A DNA stretch of 40,859 bases, taken from contig DUCD01000030.1 in NCBI GenBank assembly GCA_012959985.1, positions 3,178 to 44,036 of the forward strand, in the 5' to 3' direction. The stretch comes from Verrucomicrobiales bacterium (GTDB taxonomy: Bacteria > Verrucomicrobiota > Verrucomicrobiia > Limisphaerales > DUCD01). The notes below the pieces were generated by a model. It was not told where the DNA came from. It did not search any database and was given only the letters and a program-made list of their open reading frames with translations. The position numbers and the translations under genes are program-made. Of this stretch, positions 1-7,574 are shown one piece after another. Each line of letters begins with the position of its first letter. The stretch's first letter is position 1.

Positions 1-2792
1 CCTTCCCCATGACCGATAACAGCTTCAATGAACTGACGGAAGATGGAAAGCAACTGTTGGCCAACGCGATCCTCTGGGCTGCATCAGCGGACAGCATCAG
101 CCCGGTAATAGCCCCACGTTACGGCAGGATAAACGCTCGCGCCAATGGTGTGAGTTCCAGGCTCACCGACGTGCCTGAATTCATCGTCGATCCCGGTAGC
201 ATCAAGGTATTTATCGATGGAGTGGAAGCCGCGGCCGGTTCAGTCATCATAGAGCCGAAAGTAGACGGTAGGATCGCAATCGATTATTCCCGCCTGCCTG
301 AGTTTTTCGGGTCAGATTCCGAGCATACCATCACCGTCCAATGCGCCGATGCCGCGGGCGCCACCTTCGACTCCGGACCGAGGGAATTCACCTCACCGGA
401 ATACAGCATCGTCGATACGGCCAACAGAGTTGAAGATGTCGACACCAGCAAGGGTGGTTTCAGAGTATTTGCCTACCAAACTGCAGCCGGTGCTCCGAAC
501 AGAGTTTTCTGGTCTGAAGAGGCTCTACGTGGAGAACATGGTGCCAACTTAGCCGATATGAACGCGGGTCCTGACCTGGATCGCGATGGTTTTGGTGATA
601 CCGGCGGCCCGTCGGGTGTGAACGGTTTTATCGATCCCACTGTGATCAATTATGACGCGACAGCGGGTCCGGGTGCGGGTAAATTTCAGGATCCCGACTT
701 CGTCGATCCGATCCTTTCAGATGCTGCCGTTGCCGGAATCATTTCCAGCCTTGCAGGTGGTGATCAGGATAATTCCCATCATGAAATCACTACCTATATT
801 GAATTTCCATCTCGGGATATTTACACCATGGGCGTCACCAGTGATGATGGGTTCAAGGTGTCCATCGCCGGCAGCAACCGGGATGTTCTCGGTCAAGTGC
901 TTGGTTTCCGTGATCGTGGCGGCTCAGCCTCGAGTGTCTTCCATTTCCTTATCGACGAACCCGGCATTTATCCCGTGCGCCTCCTGTGGTTCAACGGAAC
1001 GGGCGGCTCCAATGTGGAGTGGTACAGCGTACGCGCTGATGGCGTCAATGTGTTGATCAATGATCGAGCCACCGAAGGAGCCCTGTCCGCATATTATGAG
1101 AAGAGCGGCGGAGAACGCGCTCGCGTCACCGCGGCTTCCGGCCTGAACGCCCTCCTCGCCGGCGGGAACGTGGCCCCGGATCTAAGCTTTAATATCACGT
1201 TGGAAGACGGAACCACCAGTGTTGACGAGTCTTCGGTTTCTTTCACCTTCAATGGCTCCAGCGACGGTGTCACCGTCAACAAGTCCGGAAGCAAGACAAC
1301 CGTCAGCTTCGCTCCGGATGGATTACTGCCGGCCAATGAGGAAATCACCATTGATTTCGCTTGGGCTGAAGTGGGTGGGGTTTCCTCCAACGTGAGCCTC
1401 GTGGCAACCGTCCTGGATTACGGGACGATTGAAAGCTTCCGAACCGACCTCGGGACAGGCGGCATCCCCGGCTTCAGCTGGCGCGTGCATCAACAGGAGG
1501 CAGGTCGCGGGAACAGTACCGCCGCGGCTGAAGCACAACTGGCGGGCGGTACCGAGAATCTTGCTGATTTGTCCTTTGCAGACGATGGGGACATCTTCTA
1601 CATCAACACCTGGATCAATTTTGAACAGGGCGGTGGGGGGCAAGGTCATTTCCAATTTGGCGCCGGCGATCCAAATGAAAACGTAGCTGAGGATTTCCTA
1701 CCCGGTATCCCCGGCTTTGCCACAAACAATACCGATAACATCGCCGCGGAAGCCACCACATTCGTTGAGTTTCCTGAGGCGAAACTTTATGAAATGGTGG
1801 TCAACAGCGACGACGGTTTCCGGGTAACCTTGGCGACCGACGAGACCACTGCAGACGGCACCATTGAGAGCCTGACCTCAGTGGACGCTCTTGAATTGGG
1901 AGTACACAGCGGCGGTCGCGGCTCGGCCGATACCTCCTTCTTATTCACGGTCAATGAGCCAGGTGTTTATCCCTTGCGCCTCATTTGGTATGAAGGGGGG
2001 GGGGGAGCGAACATCGAGTGGTTCACCGTCAATTCTGACGGTAGCCGCGCTCTGATCAACGGACAACAACCGGGTGCGCTCAAGGCTTACCGCACGCGGA
2101 GCGGCACGCCGGGTAACTTTGTTGCGCCTCCCGTTCCTGATCCGGACCTCACCAGCCCGAATGATCCCATTGTTGCTTCCTCCGATAACAGTCCTGGAAA
2201 TGGGAATGAAAACGTGGACAAAGCCATCGATGGCGATGACCAAACGAAGTACCTGAACTTCGATGCTGGAGTCGACAACGGATCGCTACCGACCGGCCTG
2301 ACGGTGACTCCTGGCGGCAGCATTATCACAGGCATCAGCTTCACCTCGGCGAACGATGCCCCGGAACGCGATCCGGCGACTTACCAATTGTCCGGTTCCA
2401 CCGACGGAGGCGCGACATTCACGTTGATCGTTGAAGGGGACGTTCCGGCGTTTGCTGATCGGTTTACTCGGGTTGAGGTAAGCTTCGACAACCAGATAGG
2501 CTACATCACTTATCAATTGACGTTCCCCACAACAGTGGGACCGAACCAGAACAGCATGCAGATCGCTGAGATTCAACTTCTCGGCGAATCGGCGGACGTC
2601 GCGCCCACGGAACCTCCCGCTGAAGACGCGGGCGTCGCCATCGCCGACAATGGCGACGGCACGGTGACCATCACTTGGGCGGGCAACCTTCAAAGCTCCG
2701 ACAAGGTCGAAGGTCCCTACGCCGACGTCGCCGGCTCCAGCCCGCTGAGTGTTGACACCGGGAGCGGGGCTCATTTCTACCGTGCCCAGTAA
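1..2792 (+). CDS. Large secreted/surface glycan-binding-type protein, probably 5'-partial: [Ig-like + PA14-like] x2, discoidin/F5-8 type C-like module, short C-terminal module
   Basis: ORF 9..2792 (927 aa). The frame stays open back to nt 3 and the first Met has no signal peptide, so the start is probably outside the window. Two paralogous ~215-aa modules (nt ~447-1109 and ~1464-2105) carry PA14-like signatures: SDDGFKV/SDDGFRV, GIYPVRLLWF/GVYPLRLIWY, NVEWYSV/NIEWFTV. Nt ~2151-2590 resembles a discoidin/CBM32 domain (NVDKAIDGDDQTKYLNF ... RDPATYQLSGSTDGG). Confidence 0.8.
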   Translation, partial: FPMTDNSFNELTEDGKQLLANAILWAASADSISPVIAPRYGRINARANGVSSRLTDVPEFIVDPGSIKVFIDGVEAAAGSVIIEPKVDGRIAIDYSRLPEFFGSDSEHTITVQCADAAGATFDSGPREFTSPEYSIVDTANRVEDVDTSKGGFRVFAYQTAAGAPNRVFWSEEALRGEHGANLADMNAGPDLDRDGFGDTGGPSGVNGFIDPTVINYDATAGPGAGKFQDPDFVDPILSDAAVAGIISSLAGGDQDNSHHEITTYIEFPSRDIYTMGVTSDDGFKVSIAGSNRDVLGQVLGFRDRGGSASSVFHFLIDEPGIYPVRLLWFNGTGGSNVEWYSVRADGVNVLINDRATEGALSAYYEKSGGERARVTAASGLNALLAGGNVAPDLSFNITLEDGTTSVDESSVSFTFNGSSDGVTVNKSGSKTTVSFAPDGLLPANEEITIDFAWAEVGGVSSNVSLVATVLDYGTIESFRTDLGTGGIPGFSWRVHQQEAGRGNSTAAAEAQLAGGTENLADLSFADDGDIFYINTWINFEQGGGGQGHFQFGAGDPNENVAEDFLPGIPGFATNNTDNIAAEATTFVEFPEAKLYEMVVNSDDGFRVTLATDETTADGTIESLTSVDALELGVHSGGRGSADTSFLFTVNEPGVYPLRLIWYEGGGGANIEWFTVNSDGSRALINGQQPGALKAYRTRSGTPGNFVAPPVPDPDLTSPNDPIVASSDNSPGNGNENVDKAIDGDDQTKYLNFDAGVDNGSLPTGLTVTPGGSIITGISFTSANDAPERDPATYQLSGSTDGGATFTLIVEGDVPAFADRFTRVEVSFDNQIGYITYQLTFPTTVGPNQNSMQIAEIQLLGESADVAPTEPPAEDAGVAIADNGDGTVTITWAGNLQSSDKVEGPYADVAGSSPLSVDTGSGAHFYRAQ

Positions 2793-2894
2793 CTACTGGT
2801 AGGAATTTGCTTATTAAGCATTGAACGAAAAAGAGTCGTTCTGAGGTGCTGAGTCAAGGAATTCAGCCCTCATACGCCTCTCAGAAAATCGAAC

Positions 2895-2930
2895 CCACCT
2901 TGGATTGGCATCGAGGCCAACCCAAGGTGG
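2895..2930 (+). terminator. Possible stem-loop terminator downstream of the surface-protein gene
   Basis: ccaccttggattgg (2895-2908) pairs with ccaacccaaggtgg (2917-2930), 13/14 bp, with an 8-nt loop. It lies ~100 nt after the stop codon. No clear U-tract follows. Confidence 0.3.
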
Positions 2931-3240
2931 ATCTTCCCCCGAACTCAACTCTTTCTGAGACGGCAGCGGTCGGGCCGGATCCTCATCCCATAGGCCACAA
3001 TTACGGAGACCGGTTTCAATGACATCGGTCTGCCTTGGTTAAAGCCATCAAAAAAATCTCAATGTGGGATGCCTCTACGCTCAGGCACCACTTTTAAGCC
3101 GCGTTAACCGCCATAGTGATATGTTGACCCTCCGGAAGCTTTAGGATGGCTGATTGGGCCTGATGCCTCAGTAAATCGACAAGCCGATCCAGAGTGTGTC
3201 CGAGGCCATCGCAATATGAAAGGTGATCCGCTACTGGTTT

Positions 3241-4077
3241 TCAGACATCCCCACAAACGAAGACACTCTGGCCAATCGCTCTACGTCGCTTTTCAGTGCG
3301 ATTGAGGATTTCTTTAAGCCGGTTGTCGGCGTGCGCTCTTCGATACGACTCCAAGGAGGTATTCAATTCCTCCTCGGTCAGCAGAGACCATATTGAATCC
3401 CCGTCTCTCCATGCTGCATTCAGGGGACCCTCAAGATCATAATAATGGTCTCCGTAGAATATCTCAGCGACATCGACGATTTGTCTCACGTCTCCAAATC
3501 CGATCTCGTGCAGAAATTGCCGCAGCTGATCAATCGGAATATACTTTTGCGCCAATCTTTCGGCACCGGGCTGAACGAATTCGACATACCAATAGCAATC
3601 CCATATTTGCTGTGGACTACAGGTATTGATGATGATGCTTCCTCCTGACCGAAGTGCCCGATAGGCGTTACGGCAGAATTCCCTCAGAACGGGATAGTCG
3701 GGTTTAGTATCCAGATGATGAATCACCTGGTTGATCATGATCCTGTCGAGAGTGTCATCCTCAAAAGGAATCTCGGGGAGTTCCGCTCGCCGCAACTCGA
3801 AATTTCCGGCCCCGGCCTGGAGAAGTTTCTCCTCTGATCGCTTCAGCATTCCCTGATTCCTGTCCAAACCGATAATGAAATCGACTTTGTCATGAAGCTG
3901 GAGCAGGTAGTTACCCGTACCGCATCCGGCATCCAGTACGGTTTGTTGCGACAACGGTTTTTCGCCACGACTCATTTCCGTGATGATAGTATCGACTCCA
4001 ATGGGAACTCGTGTCTGGTCGTAATTTCGCGAAGTTCGAGTGTAGTTTTCGTAATCAGGCATCAAAGAGATGTTCAT
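3241..4077 (-). CDS. Class I SAM-dependent methyltransferase
   Basis: 278-aa ORF. Motif I is VLDAGCGTGNY, post-I is GLDRNQGML, and a later motif is DRIMINQVIHHL. No signal peptide. Confidence 0.85.
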   Translation of the reverse strand: MNISLMPDYENYTRTSRNYDQTRVPIGVDTIITEMSRGEKPLSQQTVLDAGCGTGNYLLQLHDKVDFIIGLDRNQGMLKRSEEKLLQAGAGNFELRRAELPEIPFEDDTLDRIMINQVIHHLDTKPDYPVLREFCRNAYRALRSGGSIIINTCSPQQIWDCYWYVEFVQPGAERLAQKYIPIDQLRQFLHEIGFGDVRQIVDVAEIFYGDHYYDLEGPLNAAWRDGDSIWSLLTEEELNTSLESYRRAHADNRLKEILNRTEKRRRAIGQSVFVCGDV

Positions 4078-4459
4078 ACCTTAATCTGGTTTTGTCCACG
4101 GTGGAATTGAAGGAATTCAGGAAAACCATCCAATCCAAAAAATTCAAAATTTTCGATTCAGATTTCCCCAGAAGCCTGAACAGCTCATAGCCAAGTAATT
4201 ATGAATCAGATCAGACATGGGGTGCCCCAGCTAATCTGCACAGAGACCTCGGTTCACAATCATCCCAGAGACCTCGCCGTTGCGGTTCACGCAATGAATC
4301 TTACGCGTCTTTGCTTTCCCTGAGGGTGACCCTAGCGGACTGAGGTTGGCTCGCGTCATTTGAGGGACTGTTCCACCGAATTGATGGGGGCAGGGTCTCT
4401 CGGTTCGGTCGCTCTGGATTGTCGGGAGGGTCACCACAGATGACTAGAGTAGATGCGGG

Positions 4460-4600
4460 TTATTTTCGGTCCATTTGTCGTGAATCTGAGGTGGTGGTGG
4501 ATCGTCGGTTGGTCGGCTGCTCCGCCTGCCACTCGGCAACTCGACGCTCAGCCTCTTCAATTTGTTCGGGAGTCATGGAAACACGTAATTCATCTCCCTT
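4460..4600 (-). pseudogene. Possible 3' remnant of a Sel1/TPR-like repeat protein gene
   Basis: The C-terminal part of minus ORF 4460..4924 reads ...GDELRVSMTPEQIEEAERRVAEWQAEQ. This resembles the terminal helices of Sel1-like repeat proteins. No intact upstream repeats are present. Weak call. Confidence 0.3.
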
Positions 4601-4942
4601 CCTAACGGCCGCCCCGATGCGACATTTTCGGCCCAGTCGGGAGTACTTGCTGATATCATTACCGTTGAAGATTACACCGAATGGATGAAGGGCTTGTTCA
4701 CACCAGTGCCGGATGGGCACTACGAGTTGCGATTCTTCGCCGAGGATGAAGAGCGTGACTGCGTAGCCGCTTATGCCGTGTTCCGCGGTAGACAAACAGG
4801 ACCGGGCGGACCCGTCGATCCCACGGGCAAGACCATAGCAGCCGACTACGTCTACGCAATGCAGTTCGAAGATGGTCGCATTCGGCACATGACAAAAATC
4901 TGGAACGACACGATCAGTTTCCAACAGTTGGGTTGGGCATAA
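4589..4942 (+). pseudogene. N-terminally truncated SnoaL-like / ester-cyclase-like protein
   Basis: The frame is open from 4589 (stop at 4586-4588) and the only in-frame ATG is at 4685. The sequence PDGHYELRFFAEDE..VAAYAVFRGRQTG..PTGKTIAADYVYAMQFEDGRIRHMTKIWNDTISFQQLG matches the C-terminal two thirds of the SnoaL/ester cyclase fold. The usual ~25-30 N-terminal residues are absent. Confidence 0.55.
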
Positions 4943-5028
4943 TTCACAGTCTGACGAAAGACATCCAAACTGGCGGATTTCCCTCAGCCATCCCGAAGCT
5001 AACCACAGCGGACCATAGGATCGAGCTT

Positions 5029-6693
5029 CTATTCCGCGACCACCCTGAAGAATTTTTGAAAACTGATGGGTTCGACCCTGTGTGGGCTTGTGGCTGACTC
5101 CAGGTTACGCCAATTACCTGTAAGGGTTGCAGTGGACTGCAGGGTGCCCTGAGGCCAAGTCAGAGTGATGCCTTCGTCGGACTTTGAGATGCCGAAGGGA
5201 ATGTAATAGACGACATCGGTATTCTCGAGGCCAACCAGGTCCAGGTCATCCAGGTTGAGACCGACGGGTACTTTCAATAATTTGGGAGGATTGTATCCGA
5301 ACTTCAGTTTGGTCAGGCTTGTGAGTCCCTGAGGCAATGTCAAACTCGTGAGAAAAGCAAAACTTAGATTCAACTCAGTCAGGCTGCTGTAACTTTCAAG
5401 GAACATTAAATCGGCTAGACGGTTACCGCGGAGATCTAGTTTGACCAAACTGGAGAGTCCCTTCGGCACCGTTAATCGAGTTTCGGAAGAAGATGAAGAG
5501 AGTGACAGTTCCGTCAAATTGAAAAGTCCTTCAGGTACTGTCGGCAGTATCTCGTCAAAAGTCGTGAGTTCCAGAGAGGTTAATTTGGGGAGTCCTTCAA
5601 GGAACGAAAGATCGGTGAAGCGATTTACCCTGAGGTTCAGATCAGTCAGGTTGATGACGCCTCCAAGTGACGCATAGTCGACCAAACCTAAACGATGCGC
5701 GAGGTCCAACGAAGTCAGGTTGGGAACTCCTTCAAGGAAGCTAAAGTCAGTCAGACGTTCAACATGGAGAACCATGTCGGTCAGGCGGGTGAGTCCTTCA
5801 ACAAAGGAGAAGTCATTCAGGTTACAGCCCGAGAGATTCATTGTGGTCAATCCGGTGAGATCATTAGGTAGAGTCAAATCCCTCAGTTCAGTAAAACTTA
5901 GATTCAACTCAGTCAAGCTGGTGAGTCCCTCCGGCAGTGTCAGACTTTTCGACTCATGTGAGGAGAGAGAAAGCGTCGTTAAGCTGGAGCGCCCTTCCAG
6001 GAACGAGTAATCTCGCAAGGAATTACCTTGGAGTTCCAGGGTGGTCAAACTGATAAGTCCCTCCGGCAACCTCAGACTCGTCAGCCCATTGTACCGGAGA
6101 TTCAGTTCAGTCAAAGTGGCGTTTCCTTCCAGAAAGGAGAAGTCACTCAATTGATTGTCTGCAAGATTCAATCTGGTCAAACTTGTGAGCCCCTCAGGCA
6201 GGGTCAGATCAGTCAGGTCATTGCTCCAGAGAATTAACTCATCCAAGCTGGTGAGTCCTTCAAGGAATGAGAAATCTGTCAGACGATTGTTCCAGAGATT
6301 CAATGTAGTCAAGCTGGTGAGTCCCTCCGGCAGGCGTAGATGCGTCAGCTCATTAAAAGCGAGATTCAACTCAATCAAACTGGTGAGCCCGTCTGGCAGA
6401 GTCAGACGCCTGAACTCATTCTCTCGGAGATTAAGTAGGGTCAAGTTTGTGGCCCACTCCAATCCTAGCGTAGTTCCAATGGATCTTCCACTTGCATTCA
6501 ACTCAGTCAATCCCTCCATGTCCTCCACCGTAATGTCGCCAGTAGGTTTCCCCAAAACCTCCCTGATAGCCTCCTCAAGCCCCTCATCGGGAATATCAAC
6601 AATTTCTTGAGCCAATCCCAAGTTCCCGCAAAGCAGCAATAAAGCCACAACCGTCAACTCTCGAAGTATTCCTTTGATGATCCGATTAATCAT
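5029..6693 (-). CDS. Secreted leucine-rich repeat (LRR) protein
   Basis: 554-aa ORF with an N-terminal signal peptide (VVALLLLCGNLGLAQE). About 20 consecutive 22-24-aa repeats of the type LTSLTELNLSFNELTDLTLPEG. A C-terminal ~47-aa module ends in FFRVVAE. Confidence 0.9.
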   Translation of the reverse strand: MINRIIKGILRELTVVALLLLCGNLGLAQEIVDIPDEGLEEAIREVLGKPTGDITVEDMEGLTELNASGRSIGTTLGLEWATNLTLLNLRENEFRRLTLPDGLTSLIELNLAFNELTHLRLPEGLTSLTTLNLWNNRLTDFSFLEGLTSLDELILWSNDLTDLTLPEGLTSLTRLNLADNQLSDFSFLEGNATLTELNLRYNGLTSLRLPEGLISLTTLELQGNSLRDYSFLEGRSSLTTLSLSSHESKSLTLPEGLTSLTELNLSFTELRDLTLPNDLTGLTTMNLSGCNLNDFSFVEGLTRLTDMVLHVERLTDFSFLEGVPNLTSLDLAHRLGLVDYASLGGVINLTDLNLRVNRFTDLSFLEGLPKLTSLELTTFDEILPTVPEGLFNLTELSLSSSSSETRLTVPKGLSSLVKLDLRGNRLADLMFLESYSSLTELNLSFAFLTSLTLPQGLTSLTKLKFGYNPPKLLKVPVGLNLDDLDLVGLENTDVVYYIPFGISKSDEGITLTWPQGTLQSTATLTGNWRNLESATSPHRVEPISFQKFFRVVAE

Positions 6694-6993
6694 AACAGTT
6701 CAACAAGATCTAAGGATTCTGAGTCCATTGGTTACACAAAAAGTTGAGAGCTTACCTAACACCACCCACCGATCCTCAATTGGATCATCATATACGGATC
6801 GTCGGCTATGTGTAAAGAACCGTAGGCCAACCCCGAAGCTCAATTCCGTTTTGGGAACAGACATAGGAATGGCGAACTCAGCCGAACAAGGACACGCTAT
6901 TGCGCAACTCAGTCATTTTTATAGTATTGAGACAACAGGCTGATTCGCGAGATATCAACCTCACCTCATTTTGCCGATCAAGGTCACTGGGGC

Positions 6994-7189
6994 GAATGGC
7001 ACTAAGTTAAGGCATTTTGTTCCGTCCTGATTGGTTTTCCATTGTCCGGGATCGACGCCCCCGGCTTCAGGAACAAAATCATGTCCAGGGCCGCGGTGAG
7101 GCCGGATCTGACATCGTTCCGGTCATGTCAATTCCAGACCCAATTGCCCGGAAATTCCATCGATCCACATCCTTAACTTAGTGCCATTC
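6994..7189. mobile_element. Inverted-repeat-bounded 196-bp element (MITE-like, or a candidate invertible segment)
   Basis: There are perfect 19-bp inverted repeats: gaatggcactaagttaagg (6994-7012) and ccttaacttagtgccattc (7171-7189). I saw no target-site duplication. The interior holds GC-rich blocks (7046-7071, 7089-7106) that recur at 11931-11956 and 11989-12006. Confidence 0.4.
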
Positions 7190-7209
7190 CATTCAGTCCC
7201 TTAGTTTTC

Positions 7210-7236
7210 TTGTTCCGTCCTGATTGGTTTTCCATT
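7210..7236. repeat. 27-bp direct repeat copy (partner at 7017-7043)
   Basis: ttgttccgtcctgattggttttccatt occurs identically at 7017-7043 (inside the IR-bounded element) and at 7210-7236 (just outside it). Confidence 0.8.
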
Positions 7237-7574
7237 ATACGAGTTAATGTCGCCAAGTGCTTGGTGCAGATGTTCTGCTGGCGGTACAAGGTTAAGCTGC
7301 AATGAAATGAATTATTGTCACCGGCTTGACTACAGCACCTTTTTCTCTTTTCACCTACGCTGGCGGGACCCATCATACTCTTTGGCGACCTACTCTTTTC
7401 CCAAGAGTAGCCAATCAGTCTTCAGTGATCTGATCAAAGCCACTTTTCAAAAAACAATCGAAAAGACACATTACCCACATCTTTAATCGATGACTTTGCT
7501 TCTTGACGATTTCTTAAGGATCGTCACTCTCCTCGTCGATGCTGGACAGGAAGAATAATCGTCAACTGAGTTTC

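Noticed and set aside
3094-3240. The frame of the methyltransferase stays open for 48 more codons after its TGA (KPVADHLSYCDGLGHTLDRLVDLLRHQAQSAILKLPEGQHITMAVNAA*). This hints at stop-codon readthrough or a resolvase-like remnant (DGLGHTLDRLVDLL versus DRLGRS..DL).
   Set aside because: The similarity is only a few residues, the methyltransferase fold is already complete before the stop, and no recoding signal is visible. It is most likely chance.
4231-4437. 68-aa minus-strand ORF in the gene-poor 4100-4460 stretch.
   Set aside because: It has no motif, its composition is odd, and it contains a peptide repeat created by the DNA direct repeat at 4241-4290. It is probably non-coding.
6155-6610. 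Plus-strand ORFs (5441-5677, 5720-6010, 6028-6237, 6155-6610) with their own repetitive peptide pattern (VKLVSPSGRVR...).
   Set aside because: They are antisense shadows of the LRR repeats. They are Arg/Ser-rich and low-complexity, fragmented across frames, and have no start context.
5029-6693. Regular ~66-72-nt nucleotide periodicity that could be mistaken for a CRISPR-like or tandem-repeat array.
   Set aside because: The periodicity is the coding repeat of a continuous 554-aa LRR ORF. The repeats are degenerate at the DNA level and there are no unique spacers.
7173-7376. 67-aa minus-strand ORF and 79-aa plus-strand ORF (7247-7486) in the LRR/DUF5916 intergenic region.
   Set aside because: The minus-strand ORF runs through the repeat element: its C-terminus MENQSGRNK... 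is encoded by the 27-bp repeat, which also gives a truncated mini-ORF at the other copy. Neither ORF has family resemblance. I treat them as repeat-derived.
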